A DNA stretch of 64,000 nt from the human T2T-CHM13v2.0 reference genome, Homo sapiens, in the NCBI RefSeq assembly GCF_009914755.1, contig NC_060928.1; one strand, written 5' to 3'. Of this stretch, positions 11,458-28,855 are shown one piece after another (the first letter of the stretch is position 1; each line of letters begins with the position of its first letter). Below the pieces are notes generated by a model. It was not told the DNA's origin. It made no database searches and saw only the letters and a program-made list of their open reading frames with translations. The translations under genes were made by a program, and so were the position numbers.

Positions 11458-14400
11458 CTACAAGGATCTGGACACATGGATCAGCATCTTCATACTCATT
11501 AGATTCATTATCCTTTCCAACACTGAATTGTTATCCACTGGAAGCCATTAATATTTGTAAGATAATTGTCAAATCTGAAGTAAAACTTGCATATGATTAT
11601 ATCCCCTCTCCTGAAAACAAGCAATCTACATTTTGCTATTAACAGGATTATTTAACACAGACATGATTTTACCACAACAGTGATCCATCATAACCAAGAA
11701 GGAAAATCTTACACCACCCTGTTCTAAATTACTAGAATCACTAACTTTATATCTCATTTTTGGAAGCCAATTCAAGATGCAAGTTTGTTTTCCATTACCT
11801 GACATGAGTTTAAGAAATTGATGAAACCATCTCCAATACAGCTTATGTAATTCAAAATATTGGCTGCATGTTGGCTCCAATTTATTCTCTGGGCCCAGGG
11901 AAAGTTTGAGCAAGACTTTGGAACTGTCTATTATTAAAGAAATGCTGGGAATTTAAGTGATCATTGAAAATTGGTAAAATCTAAAACAAGTTTTAGACTT
12001 AAAATGGCACTTCTTCATCGTCAAAATGACATTTAGAATATTTATTCTGAACAAATTCCTCTACTCCTTCTTGCTTTCAGGATTTAACTGCAAGAAAATT
12101 AAACACATTGGGTTACCAACTCCTTTTTCTCATAGCACAGCATTAGGTATTGTCTCTTTTAGGATGAATAAGAGAGAGAGAAGGGTCAGTTACCCCACAC
12201 CCCTGTCATTCTCTCCTCCATCTAGGATTATTTTAATGAAGGGGAGAATCCACATCAACATATTTCAATTAAGGGAATAGAGGTCTGGATTCTACCTGAT
12301 GCATCTTTCCCCATCCATTAAAATCTGCTAGTAAACAGGAGAATTGTCATTACTCTTCTTGCATCAGTCTTGCTCAACTGCAAATCCCTCAGTCTTTGTC
12401 TGCAAGGTCAAAGCAGGGAGTAACTAAAAGGTAACTGCAGAGGAAAGAAAGACAAAGATAGCCTTCGTTCCTACCCCAAATTTCCAGTGTGCCCCAAATA
12501 CACACACACTTATGTATCACCTAATGTCACACTCAGGCCACCCTTACATTGCTTCGTTAGATCAATTTATTTGGAAAGGAGAAACAAACCCTCAATACTC
12601 TGTTACTAGGAAGGATAGATAGCAATTGGTTAAATAACTTTTGATTTGAATAACTTCTGCCCATATTATTTCATGTATTTAAACATTGTGAAGTCATTTT
12701 CCCAAAGTGATTAATTCCTAAATCTTTCCTTCCTAGAGTTGTTTGTTTGTTTAAAAATATTTTATTAAAATATAAAATATAAAAAAGTTTATGTTTAGCA
12801 CTGCATAAACTGTCACAAGCTGAACCTACCCATGTAACAAAACATCCAGACTAAAAGGTAGAATAGTCTCAATATCTCAGTCACTTACCTGCTTCCTCAC
12901 TGTCACTTCTCTCCCAAAGTTAATTACTATCCTGATGTTTAACAGCACAGAGTAGCTCTGCCTGGCCTTGTACCATAGAGATTTTCTTTCATATCTATCT
13001 AAATACAATAAAATATCATAATTGTTGCTGTAATTGCATCCAGTTTTGTTCAGATGTAGCAAAACTTAACATATTAGAATTCAGTTTTTGAAATAATTGA
13101 TACAAGTAGGAAGTAAATAAGCCAATATATCTACTTATCCAGGGAATCCTGAAATTCTTTCAAAATATTTGATTTTTAAAACTACCTTGTGGGATTTTCT
13201 TCACTCATTAAAACACAAGTAGCTGATCTATATTTGTTTCCACTTCCGTCTCCAAGCCCCCCAGTAGACACAGTCTCCTTTTTGAGAATCAAATACTCCC
13301 ATGCTTCTCTTCTGAATAACTTCTGAACTGTGTACAACCTTATGGTAATCATAACCAATGTTTCAGGAACTAATGCTAAAATGAAATGTATCCGCAGTTT
13401 CCGACTGGGGAGGGGCACTGTTTTTCTCTGTGCAGCTGCTTTGCTTTCTGCCCTTCTCAACAACATCAGTACCAGCATCAGTTTTCTCCTGTGGTTTTTC
13501 TATTGGGATCCAGCCAGGCTTCATCATTTCCTGTCTATCCAGTGATCCATCCCAGCCCTCATAATCAGCTACTCTGCTGTGACCCACTCCTTGGCTCCTT
13601 ACCTCAGGCTCAGGAGACCTTGGGGCTGGAAAACAATGGGTTGTTTCTGTCCTCTTTCTCTGATTTTCTTCACCCTTTCACATGGCCCCAAATGAATATT
13701 AATAATCACATTTTCTTACTCAGAGATGTCCAGATATGGAAAGAGAATGTCTTTACTTTGGTTTAATCAGATACAAGGACAAGTAGACTTGTGGATACTG
13801 CCCACTTTTGTAAGTGATCTGAACAGCAAGCTTTGAAGAGCTGATAGACTGGCATTTCCTCAAAAGGTACATTACTTTTTGTGATAAATATTACGTTTAG
13901 TAAAAGTACTACCTAATGAATATGTCACAAAATGTGTAAGTTCATCACTGCTAATTGCATGTTCATTATAAAGCCTTTTCTATATATCTTTTTGGTTAAA
14001 ATATTTCCCCTTTGCACAGCCAAAGGGAACCTTTCCCACTGTATTCTATGTTACGATGGAGAGGAGATGAGAGTGACATTCACATAGACTATAATTGGTA
14101 TTGTGCCCATTTAAATTCAGAATACTGGTTGCAAGTTAGATATGGTAAGACACCATAATTATATTATTTTATTACACCCCCAGTATTTTTGGATAAACAA
14201 TTCAACATTCTCTGCTGGGATTGGCAGTGTAGCCTACCTTAAAAATAGGAAGAAGAATTTATAAACTGGAACAATTATTATTGAATATCAGCATACTATC
14301 ACTAATAATAAATAAATAGCACTAGAATGCTGTTATTCTCATGAAGTACTACTTAATTAGTAGAAAATCTTTGTAGAGCTACATGTAAACATTTGACTTA

Positions 14401-17400
14401 AAGCTAAAATGTGGCCTATAAAATGGCATTTAAGAATTCTAAACTAAGCCTGGTTTAGGATTCACACTGAAGTCCACTGGGGATGAAAATATGTATTTTC
14501 TTCCTTCAATTCACTAAATTATAGAAGTTTATATTCTAGGCAATTTCAGAATTGGAGAAACCTAACACTAACATTGCTGGATACTGTCATCAACAATTCA
14601 CAAGAAAAATAAAACCAGGAACTTCATTGATTGAACAATAGCTATGCATATTCCTATTGAAATAATCTCACAAGACAGGAAGATGTCCTGTTTAAGTAAA
14701 AGCTTTCTGAGGAAAAAAAAACCTAAGTAAATTTTCATTGCAATAGCTGGCAGTACAGTCTGTTATGTGGGGTTTCAAATTAAATTTAAAGTTATTCCTA
14801 GCTGTCCTGGGGTCTTCATTGTTTAAAATTAGTGATTACTTCAATAGAAATCAAATATATGCTAGGATGTTCAGCCTAACTCTCATTCTTTAGCTGTTGG
14901 GTAAATATTTTTCAGTTTTAATATTTAGATCGCCAAAGACAGATATAATTGGTCTGGTTTATAGAAATATTTCATCATTTTCCTGGTCTAGCAATCAGGA
15001 CATCATCTCTAAGTTAATGACAGTTTTACTTCACAGCACAATGCTATAAACCATGTGGAAATTTCAGATATTGATACTGACTAGACTATGACAAGGAAAT
15101 ATGCTATAAAGAAGACATGCAATTCACCCTTGGTAAAGAGAAATATTGTAGAGTCAATCTAGTTTATTATTTATTTAGCAGAACTAGTTTTTCAGTCCAT
15201 TATAACGCCCCAGACCAGGAAAAATTAACCAATTTATTCGTTTTTCCAGTTTTCAGGCTATCTACGATATGTAAGGCTCTGTATTAGGTACTGGAGTGAA
15301 ATTCAAGGATGAATTAGACATAGCCATTATTTATTAGACGCTCACATTCTGCCTCTGGTAGAAGATGGGACTACATCTTACAAAGCCATTCTTCCTCAAG
15401 AAATTTTTTGCTAGTTTGCTTTAGGAATAATTCAAATAGTTGGGCAGACATTGACTTTCTTAACACTATTAGACAAAACACATGTACCAAGAAAACTAGA
15501 GCATTTTGATTTCCCAATTTGTTCAATCCTGTTTTATTGAAACAAAGATGGGAAGAAAAGCAGATGGAAATAGGAATCACAAAATTAGACAATGTTTATT
15601 ATACGCCTATTTCAGACAAATCTCAAAAAGTGCCTTTAGTAGAAAATAAAGCCGTAAAGAAAATGGAGAAGGAATGGGAAATGTATTGGAAACGATAACA
15701 GGGGCTTCGAGATTAAAAATTGTAGAGAAAATTTCTCATCTGAGGCCAATGCAATTAAAAACAGAATACATTTGCTGGACTAGATATTATTAGGTAAGAG
15801 GATGAGAAAATAAATATTCCAACTCGGCGAAAGCTAAATGGACAGAATGCAATTTAAGAGCTATTTGGGTTGAGAGGGACAGGAATGACAGAGAGAGTGG
15901 AAGAAGAAGAGGAATAGTTGAGTATCAGCGACAGAATTAAAGGTGCAGAAAAACAACCATGGTCTGTTTGAAGAATACACCAACTCGTGAAGAATAAACA
16001 CACAGTAACAGCAAAAAAAAAAAAAAAAAAAATACTATTTATAGAGCACACATATTGTGTCACTTGTACATGGTGGTCAATATACTTTTTTTATTAAGGA
16101 AGACTTTCTTCCAAAATATAAACAACATGAAACCATTTGAGAAGTGGTGAATAAGCAATCATTTCACATTCAAATGTCTATCCTATCTTTTGCCAGATAA
16201 ACTTTCTCACCAAAACATTGCTTATTCACAAACTTTTTTTAAAAAAAAAAGACTATCAAAATGTACTTAACCCACTGTTCATTCTTTTTTCATTGTTTAT
16301 CTGAATTGAGATTTGAGACAAGACTGAATTTATGGCTCATACAAGTAAATCTACATTTCAAGGTAGATCAACTCCTTTCCAAAGTATCCCGATACAAGAT
16401 GCAGAACATTCCTGAGGGATTACACAACTGTTTCTCAGCCAAATGTTATAGGACTTCCACAACCTGAGGCAGTAATCTTCCTGAAAGGCACATCTTGGAA
16501 TAACTAATTACTATATTTCATAGTTGTAAAACTAGAAAAAACAATCAAGGCAAAAAGTTCACGTGTACATGCTTTCTTCGATTAATGGAACAGTTCTGAT
16601 CTCACTGGCCACCAGTCAAGATGAACCAAAGATGTTCATCTTCCAGCAACCACATAATTTACATAACAATGACATAAGTATCATCAACTGCTGTTGAATG
16701 AAGATATATGTTGACATGTGTCATAAAAATCCTTAAACCACAATGAACATCTTCAAATATGAGTGTTGCTTTACTTAACCAAACTCTGAGTTGCATTCAT
16801 TTGATATTAGAAACACAAAATTCAAATGTGAAATAGGACCTAAACATAAGTTGTTTCTGTGGTAAGAGCAAATACAAAATTGTAACAAAACACCCAGGAT
16901 TTTCTTCCCTTCTTTAAAGCTAATGAGTATTCTATTAAATGTGTTAAGTGTGCAAAGATTTAAAATAGAAACTGTTTAATCCATATGATTCCAGTTAAGC
17001 TGGTAGTAGTGGTAAGATAGGTCAAACGCAGAATTTCATTTTACATTTAAAGTCAGTTTTAGGTCTGATTGGAAGTCATATATGTATGACTTTCTATATC
17101 TAATAGCACACATATCTACATATTTACACATATATACAAATGTGTGATATATATACACATATACATATATACATATGTGCATGTATACACAAACATTCTT
17201 GCATGAAAGAATTGTTTAAATAATGAGAAGGCCTACAAAGATTTTCTGTACACCCTTATACTTATAATCAACGATAATGTATTATATCCTTAAAAATTAC
17301 CTAGAGGGTAAATCTGATGTTATTTGTTCTGATCATGATTTTATAAATTGGAAAATGTAGTTTTAATGAGTAACTTAAAATGTTTGAGTTAGAAAAGCCT

Positions 17401-17589
17401 TCGGAAGAATAGTAAAATATGCTGGATTAAGTGATATTTCATATAATTACTCAACAATTCTAACAAAAAAGTCAGGAAGGAGATTTTGTTTATGAAGAAG
17501 ATCTAAAACCAATGCTTTTGTGAGGTGCATTAAAATAATACTTTATTTCCAGGTGCTCCAGTCCTCTAGAATTACAAAATAATAACATT

Positions 17590-17825
17590 TTCACAATACT
17601 CTGCATCAGGTATTTTTCTAACTGCTTCACAACTGTTAACCCATTTAATCCTCACAAGAAACTTGTGAATCAGGTACTATTTTTATTACCTCCATTTTAC
17701 AGACAAGAAAACTATGGCACCAGAGAGGTGAGAAACTTGAATTAGTAAATGTCAGATTTTGATTTTGAACTAAGGTAGTCTGGAAACAGAGTGTGTGATC
17801 TAAACTACTGTACACAATGCCTTCC
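17590..17825 (-). mobile_element. MIR SINE
   Basis: catttaatcctcacaagaaacttgtga...ctccattttacagacaagaaaactatggcaccagagaggtgag. Confidence 0.75.
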
Positions 17826-18705
17826 TCAAAATGCCATTATATGATTCTCTCCATTGTGTAGGAAAGGAAAACCAACAAAAACTTTCTAGACTACATTTCT
17901 TAGTATTTTTAAATCCAACGTAGGTAAAGGTAACTACTCAAATATCTACCTTTTCATCTATTGATAATTCCCTCTTGGATGTCAAAAATGATGCCATTTA
18001 TAAGAATGGGTATCTGGGAAAATGTGGTATTAAAAGAGGTTTAGAAAATTGAGGTTGGCTACTGAAAGAAATAATATTCTAACTTCTACACTTGAAGAGT
18101 TTGCACATTTCTTCATTGATTCAGCAAATATTTGTTGAGCATCTACTACAGAGATATAACTATAAACCAAAACTTTCATTGTGCAGCATTCATCTTAAAG
18201 AGAGTCATTATAGCTAGATTGGAGATTATGACAAATTATCCATTGGTTTTATACAGGAGACAGTTCAAAATTAAATAAATGGACAAGTCTAAAATTATAG
18301 ATTGGGGATCTCTAATTAAGAGGTAATCATAAAAATTTTGAGAATTGATGAATACTCCTAAATTGTAATAAGGAACTTTAGGACCTGAATTCATTTTTAG
18401 GAAATAGTCAAAACTGGAGGAAGAGAAAAAGAAAATGAACGAAGAATGTAACCAAAGATTTAAGAAAACCACAAAGAAAGAGTCAATTCAGGAAATATAT
18501 TAGAAATAGAAGGTTTAACCAAGTGTGTCAAATATGGCAGAATGTCAAAGAAAAAAAGGACTTGGCAAATCTTAGATTAATAGCCTAATATTTCCAGAGA
18601 AAGATTTCATTAGAGTAGCAAAGTAGAAGGCAAAGAGGTAAAGAGAAATAAATACAGTTAAAGCAAAACATCCAGCAACACAAAAAAAGAAGCAGTTAAA
18701 AAAAT

Positions 18706-18813
18706 GAAAGAAGGAAGGAAGAGGGAGGGAGGGAGGGAAGGAGAGAGGAAGAGAGGAAGGAAGTAAGGAAGGAAGGAAGGAAGGAAGGAAGAGAAGGGCT
18801 AGAGAGAAGAGAA
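18706..18813 (+). repeat. (GGAA)/(GA)-rich polypurine tract
   Basis: gaaagaaggaaggaagagggagggagggagggaaggagagagg... Confidence 0.85.
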
Positions 18814-19441
18814 AAGCCAAAATATGTTATATTGTCATGACCTTTTAATGCCTGAGTGAACTATTAATGTCTGCTATGGTAGCTTCATAATGTACCAACT
18901 TGTCTAGGTTGAACTACATTTCCCAGAATCCCCTTTTCTGTTTTCATGCAGGGTGGGTCACAAGAAGGATTCCTACAAAATATTTGGGGCACCAAAGTAA
19001 AATAACAGCCATTTATAACTCACACATTTTGTCACTTATCTGCTGATTCTCCTCAGAGTATCCCTTTCCTTTCTTCCAGACCTATAACCAGAATCAGGTC
19101 CCAGCAAGACCAAAAGTGTGATTTACAAAATGTGACCTATAATTTGGCATACACATCAAAAGAACTGCATGATTTTTTTAATGTATATTGACAGAGGCCC
19201 AGGCAATATGTATTAGAATGCATCTTAAGTTTATGAGATCAAAGTGGAAGGCCTAAAAGTCAGAATAAATTTATTGATATGAGAATAAATTTATTGAAAT
19301 AGAGATTTCAGATTTGATATAGTAGCATGAGGGGCTAGGAATGGCTGTATAATTTGCTTGGTTGATTAACTGGTGCATAATAAAAAGGTAGTGTACATTA
19401 AATGAAGTTGATATCCCAGAACTTCCTTCATAGAAGTAGAG

Positions 19442-19702
19442 CAGGGGTCAGAAAATATTTTTCGGAATGTAATTTTTTCTCTTTTGTGGGCCACATTGTT
19501 TCTGTTGTGACAATTCAATTCTGCCATTGTAGCATGAAAGAAGATATAGAAAATATGTAAATGAATGAGCATGAATATGTTACAATAAACATTTACATCT
19601 ATTTACGAAACACCTATTTACAAAATACAAAATTACAAACATCTATCTACAAAATAAGCAGTAGGCTGGATTTGCCTTAACACTGTAGTTTGCTGACACC
19701 TG
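19442..19702. mobile_element. MER58-type hAT-Charlie MITE nested in ERVL gag
   Basis: TIRs caggggtcagaaaa / tagtttgctgacacctg; body gggccacattgtttctgttgtgacaattcaattctgccattgtagc; decayed 8-bp TSD aagtagag/ctatagag. Confidence 0.85.
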
Positions 19703-20329
19703 CTATAGAGGAAGGTATCCAATGGCTTAGGGAGATTGGAATCTTAGAAGGAGTTTATCATGACTGATCTGCTCACCTACCTCATGAGGTTCCAGAGAAC
19801 ATGACCTTCACCATGGCTTTCAGGAACAAATGAGCTTCAGCATCCTGTAATGGCTCACCCCTGAAGGCCAGAAATTACACTGGAGACCACTATCATCACA
19901 CTGAGATCTCTAAATATGATGAGAATAATGAGTTTCCAGGTGGGCAGGTGCTAAGGGGAGCACCGATTTTCCAAAGGCAAGGTGGGTGTTATTACTCTAA
20001 TGGACCGTAGAGCCAAAGCACTAACCAGAATAGTCTGACTTACAAAGATGTTTGACATTAGCTATTATAGTTGATCATGATGTTCTTAGAACTGAAGTAA
20101 AAACAGCCTGCTAAAATAGCCTGCTAAAATCTTATTTGATTTGCTTAAGCAGAGAAGCTCTAAGTCTAGCGAACTAAAGTCTGACTTAAATGGTGAAAAC
20201 AAAGAGGTACAGTTCTTCAATGAATTCCCAGTTTTGAGCCAGTTCACAGACCCAGAGGCCTTGAAATGAAAGTAATCTAGGACCCCTTGAGCCAGTTACA
20301 GTGTGATTCTGCATTGGGGAAGGAGAAAT

Positions 20330-20800
20330 AATAAGATCTGGGGGGATTATTAGGCCTTGGCTCTGAACTGACACTAATTCCTAGAAACCCAAAATATCAC
20401 TGTCACTGTGGTCCACCAGTGAGACTAGGGGCTTTTGGAGTTCAGTGATTAGTGAAGTTTTAGCTCAAGTCCATCTCATAGTAGGTCCCTGGGTCCCCTG
20501 TGGTTATTTTTTCAGATACAGAATGCATAATTGGGATAAATATATTCAGCAATTAGAAGAATCCACACATTGTTTTCCTGATACGTGCAACAAGGTCTAT
20601 AATGGTAAGAAAGGTCAAGTGAAAGCTACTGGATATGCCTTTACCTACAACAGTGTAAACCAGGAACAACAGCACATTCCTGGAGGAATTGCAGAGATTA
20701 GTCCCGTGGCGGACTTGAGAGATGAAAGGGTAGTCATTCCTACCATATCCACATTCAACTCACATATTTGGCCTGTGCAGCAGAGAGATGGATCTTGAAA
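20330..20800 (+). pseudogene. ERVL protease/RT remnant
   Basis: ORF 20445..20798 contains HIPGGIAEIS...DLRDERVVIPTISTFNSHIWPVQQRDGS, like HERV-L pol (RIPGGIAEIS...VIPTTSPFNSPIWPVQKTDGS); frameshifted and truncated. Confidence 0.8.
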
Positions 20801-23683
20801 ACTGGTTGGCAAGTAATCAGTTGTACATGGGATAGTTGTATCATATTAAACAGAGGCATGAATATGTTAGGGTCTTTACGCTGAGTTTAAAATGTAGTTT
20901 AAGGAGAAGTGTATGAATGACAAGTTGGCAAAGGCAGATTGCAGTGGCTTTGTAATATGTCAGATTGCTGAAAAACTACATTTCCCAGAATTCCCTTTCC
21001 CATATTTGTTTGGTTAAGGTAGACCACAATAAAGATTCTTATGGGAAATTTGGATGACGGAAGTGAAGCAGCAGCTGTACATGTCACTTATCAGATGACA
21101 CGAGGCAGAGGCCAGCCCTGTGACTTCTCCACCTTGCCGTGGATACTCCCTCAGCTTCTCTGACTTCTGGGCAAAGCCTCTGCAGGACGTGCCACCAAGG
21201 TTAGAGGAAAAAAACACGAACACAGGTTTTGGTCAATCCTCATGAACTACAGCTCATACTCATATTTCCTGGCTTGTTTTTATTCTCCCCACCTTAATTC
21301 CATCTTCCCTTTCTGATTGTCTACCTTGTGGAGTTCAAGCTCCCGCTTCAGACAAGAAGATGAAAGCCATACAAAGACTACTCAACCCAACCATCTCCCA
21401 CAGTGACATAAGGTAAAACCTATTTAAAAATTACATCCTAGTTTTTCTGCTTCTTTGATTGAACACGAGCTCATACAGTAAAGAAAATAAATATTGGAGG
21501 CACTGGTGAGAGGTTTAAAAGCTGTTTTCCCAGCTTTTATAATTGTAATTCCCCAGGTGGGGAAAGTCTTTAGAATACAGGTGGAGAGATTTAGAGTAAC
21601 AAGAAAAACTTGTTCTCTAAACTGAAGGGAAAGGAGATAATCTAGAAAGAGAAAAGTCAACATGCAAACAATATTAGATTTGAGAGTTCATTTTGTGGCA
21701 CTTGAATTTGTAGAAAAGAGGGCTGGGTCTCCTGCAGCAGAAGAGACAGAATGTGACAATTGGGAGTTTGATGGTTTGAAGTTCTCTAAAGAGTAAATAA
21801 CTACATATTTTTAAAGTATAGCAGGAGTGACCCAGCTGATAATAGATATTATGAATTCATCCTATCAATGTTTCTTTCCATATCCTAGCTCTGTATTTAA
21901 AGAGAAGACTGCAGACAGCAGGGGTAATTCAGAATGAAAGAGGCAGAGCAGAGGCAGAGCAGAAGCCAAGTCTAGGAGCCTAGGGTGGTCCCAGGAAGTA
22001 GCATTCAAATAGTGACATATGGTGACCATTACAGGTCAGGGTTCTACTAAGTTGGAATGGCTCTTTGGACGTTTCTGTATTGAGTGTCTAGCATGTTGTT
22101 GATGAGCAACAAACTCCTTGGATATTACAAATTGGGAGGAAAAAAGTAATCAGGAAAGACATTGTTAAAGAGAAAAGCATCAAGCTCAAAACTTGACAGT
22201 ATGAGAGTGCTCTATAATGGTGAGTTCCTGAGTGTGCAAAGTAGAGATGAAGTCAATAATATGTGCTATAGTTTGTGCACACTTTTTCAGATAATCTGTC
22301 ATTTCTTCTTCTAACCTATAAAAGCTCATGAAGAAAATGCCAGATTCAGCCTCTCAGTCTATTGTCTGATCTATGTTCTTTGGAAACAATTTCAGGTGCA
22401 CATTTCTCTCCCTAAGCCTCCCTGAGCCCAACATCCTTAGCAAATGTTTTCCAGTATCCCGCTGTTTTCCAGAAACACCATTAGCCTTTTGTATATCTAA
22501 TCCAAATCTTCTGCTATTTGTCTGTAACCTCTTACACATTCTGTCATTGCATTTGAATCACTTAAACCTGCATTAAAGTTTGATGAAGTTTAAGGGATAT
22601 TTTTTCTCTAGGTTTACTTTACTTAATTTTCTTATGTTTAAGATTTTATCACACTTATTTTCATAAGTATTGAAGCTCATGACAATGAGTCCATTATTAC
22701 AATGAAGATTCATATCAAAAATATATTAAAAAGTCAGTATCTAAAATTGGTCTATGAATACATGTGTCTTTACTTTACCTAAATTAATTATTTACTCACC
22801 AGTATCTTCTTCCCATAGGTAAGCACCTGAGTTCACCCTAGGATCAGGCCAAACTAGCAATCTGTCATTTGACTGCCTCTCTCCTCTTCTAATATTCCTC
22901 CTGAAATTTTTTCATTTTCATAAAATTTTTTAAGCAAAATGTTTCATGGAAGTCCTCTGTAGCCATTTAAAAAACTAATCTCTAAGAGACTGATGCTTCT
23001 GAGATGCAATCACTTTTTCTGCTTTTGCCATGTATGAATTGCATGCTGTGCCAGGTGTGGATTGTTAAGCCCTGAGGCATGGATCATATAGTCCTCCAGG
23101 GTGTGTTTTGGGTGTTTTGTTTTGTTTTCTTTTTTTTTAATACTGAGGACACAGCTTGTGTTTAACAAATAGCACATAACAATAGTGGATTTCATTTGCA
23201 GGTGGGATTATTTCATTTGAGAAATAGAATTTTTTTCATGTGAACTTGCCAACAAATTCTCCCTCTTCTCAGGGAGAAAATGTCCTAACCCACTCTGCCC
23301 CTGAATTCAGATTAGTTCAGATATACAATTTATTCTTAGACATATATTCTACAGTACATCAGGGTATTTAAAAAGTCAGTGATAATATAATGTTCCTGGA
23401 AATTATGATATACTGCATGATAACAGCAAGAGGTTATTACCACAAAGACATTTGAACACATTTTCACAATGCCAGACCAGCAAACAATTGATGTCCATAG
23501 CCATACATCTACCATCACCTTCTATTAAAAACACAGATCATACACATGTCTGGTATCTCCAACTTAACTCTATCTAGTGGAATGTCACATCAGTTTTTTC
23601 TTAACTGATTTGATTCATGCAGTATGCATTTATTGAGTGCTGACTATACATTCAGCACCATTTTTGGTAATAATGACAAGTAA

Positions 23684-26017
<2,334 letters not shown>

Positions 26018-26789
26018 GTACCATGACAACACAGATGGGGGAACACTAAATTCTGTCAATCTCTAGATTTTTCAAGATATTTTTTCCATAATAAAGTACC
26101 GACTTTTCAAGAAAGTAAATTCCCATAATCTTTAATACAATAGGAATTTGCATCAGAAGGATCTTCTCTTCTACCCCAACATCACTGTAACTTTGTTTCT
26201 TTCTTTCTTTTCTCCTTATAAATGTTTCTTGGGAAAAAATGGCCTTACTTATAATAATAGACTTACTTAAAGACAGTTGCTTGTGGGGTAGGATTTAGGT
26301 CCCTAATCTCACTCCCCTAATGACTTTCCAAGCTTCTGAAATGCCTACTATTCATGCTTTAGCTTTATTTCAAGTAAACCTAGCAAAGTTCTATAAACTG
26401 TTTTTTTAATTCAAAGATCCCTAGAAGTAAAGCATGTTTAACCATACAAATGTCTCACAAAATCTCAAAAAAAAACCTACATCTAAAATTAAACTCATGA
26501 CTACTCCTACTAATCTGTTTCTTCTTCAGTCTTCCCAGTCTTTCCAAGTTACCTTCCATGCACCTAACTGTTCTTGCCAGGAATAAGAAACTCATCAGAT
26601 TCTCACCTACTCCACAAAAACTGTTATTTTCAAGGTTTTCCTAAGTTTCCATGTTGCTAAATCCAACATATATTGGTCTATTCTCAATATTCTTCTTATT
26701 TGACTTATCTGAAACACTTGATACAGTTGATCACTTCTACCTTGAAACACTTTCTCTATTCAGCTCTCTGGACACCACCCTTTTCTTTC

Positions 26790-27160
<371 letters not shown>

Positions 27161-27285
27161 TAATTCTGACTTCTGAATGAAGTCCCCCTGGGTTTGGTAC
27201 ATGGATCTTTTCCCTTTTTCTTTTTTTTCAAACACATTCCCTTGACAATCTCAATCAGTCACATGTCTCTCAAGACCATGAGCCA

Positions 27286-27658
27286 TGTTATGGGCTCAAA
27301 TGTGCTGCCCTTCCAAAATTCCTATGTTGAAGACCTAACCTCCAGCACTTCAGAATGTGACTGTATTTAGGGATAGGGTCTTTAAAGAGGTAATTAAGTT
27401 AAAATGAGGCCATTAGGGTGCGCCCTATTCTAATATTAGTGTCCTTTTAAGAAGATATTAGGACACAGAGGGAAAATTATGGACACAGGGAGAAGACAGC
27501 CATCTACAAGCCAAGGAGAGATGCCTGAGAAAAAACCAACCCTACAAACACCTTTATCTCAGACTTCTAGACTCCAGAACTGTGAGGAAATAAATTTTTG
27601 TTATTTAAGCCACCCAGGCTGTGGCACTTCATTATCGCAGTCCTTACAAATTAATACA
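27286..27658 (+). mobile_element. MaLR solo LTR (MLT1B-like)
   Basis: tgttatgggctcaaatgtg...cagaactgtgaggaaataaattt...ttaataca; TG..CA ends; 5-bp TSD agcca/agcta. Confidence 0.9.
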
Positions 27659-28513
27659 AGCTAAATATATACATAAACTCATTCTTTTATATCCAACTGC
27701 CAACTCTATATCTCATTTTGGATGACCCAGTAAGCATCTTAATATATCCCAAACCAAGTTTCCCATCTAAGAAAATAGCAAAACCATCTCTCCAGTTGCT
27801 CACACTAAAAAGTTTGCAGTCATTCTCAACTCCTCTTTTTGTCTCTTACACCATGTCAACCTACTAGCAATCTTGTAGGGTCTACCATCAAAATAGGTCC
27901 AGAAGACAGCTACATCTCCCTCCCTCCATGATGCTACCCTGGTTCCAGCCACCATGATCCCTCAATGGGATTATTCCATAAGCCTCCTAACTGGCCTCCC
28001 TGCTTCTGCTGTGATGCCCAATTCATTCAATTTTCAACATAGCTTGCACAGTGATCTGATTTAAACAGAAGTCAGATCATGCCACCTGTCTACTCAAAAC
28101 CTTCCAGTGATTTTTACCTCTCACGCCAAGTAAAAACCAAAGTCCTTACAATGGCCAAAAAACCAATAATAATAATAATAATAATTCCTATATCACCACT
28201 CTTCTTGCCTTTCTGGCATCATTCCCTACTGCTTTTCCTGTCACTCTGTTATCCTTTGACAGTCACTACTACAATCTCGGTTTTGTACATGCTGCTCCCT
28301 TTGCCTGGATTGCTCCATATGCATCTCCACATTGCTCAGTCTTTCACCTCTGTTCACATTCTCCATATATTTACTCAAACATCACCTTCTCAGTGAGAAC
28401 TAATATACTGTGATCAGTATATTTAAAACTACAGCTTTCCCTTACTGCCTAGCCTGGCTCTAACTCCATTTATTTTACCCCATAGCATATATCACCTTTA
28501 AACATACTTTATA

Positions 28514-28855
<342 letters not shown>

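Larger units (their letters stand above)
18875..21477 (+). mobile_element. Ancient ERVL-class provirus remnant with two related LTRs (LTR52-like; partial 5' LTR from 18875, 3' LTR ~20940-21477)
   Basis: The same LTR 5' motif (aactacatttcccagaat..cc.ttt) occurs at ~18912 and ~20974. Between them lie ERVL gag-like DNA, a decayed protease motif (LLGLGSELTLIP vs LLDTGSELTLIP, ~20345) and RT N-terminal sequence. The subfamily name is tentative. Confidence 0.75.

Noticed and set aside
13182-13766. Cluster of overlapping ORFs up to 126 aa in unique DNA
   Set aside because: No recognisable domain or exon structure; lengths are compatible with chance.
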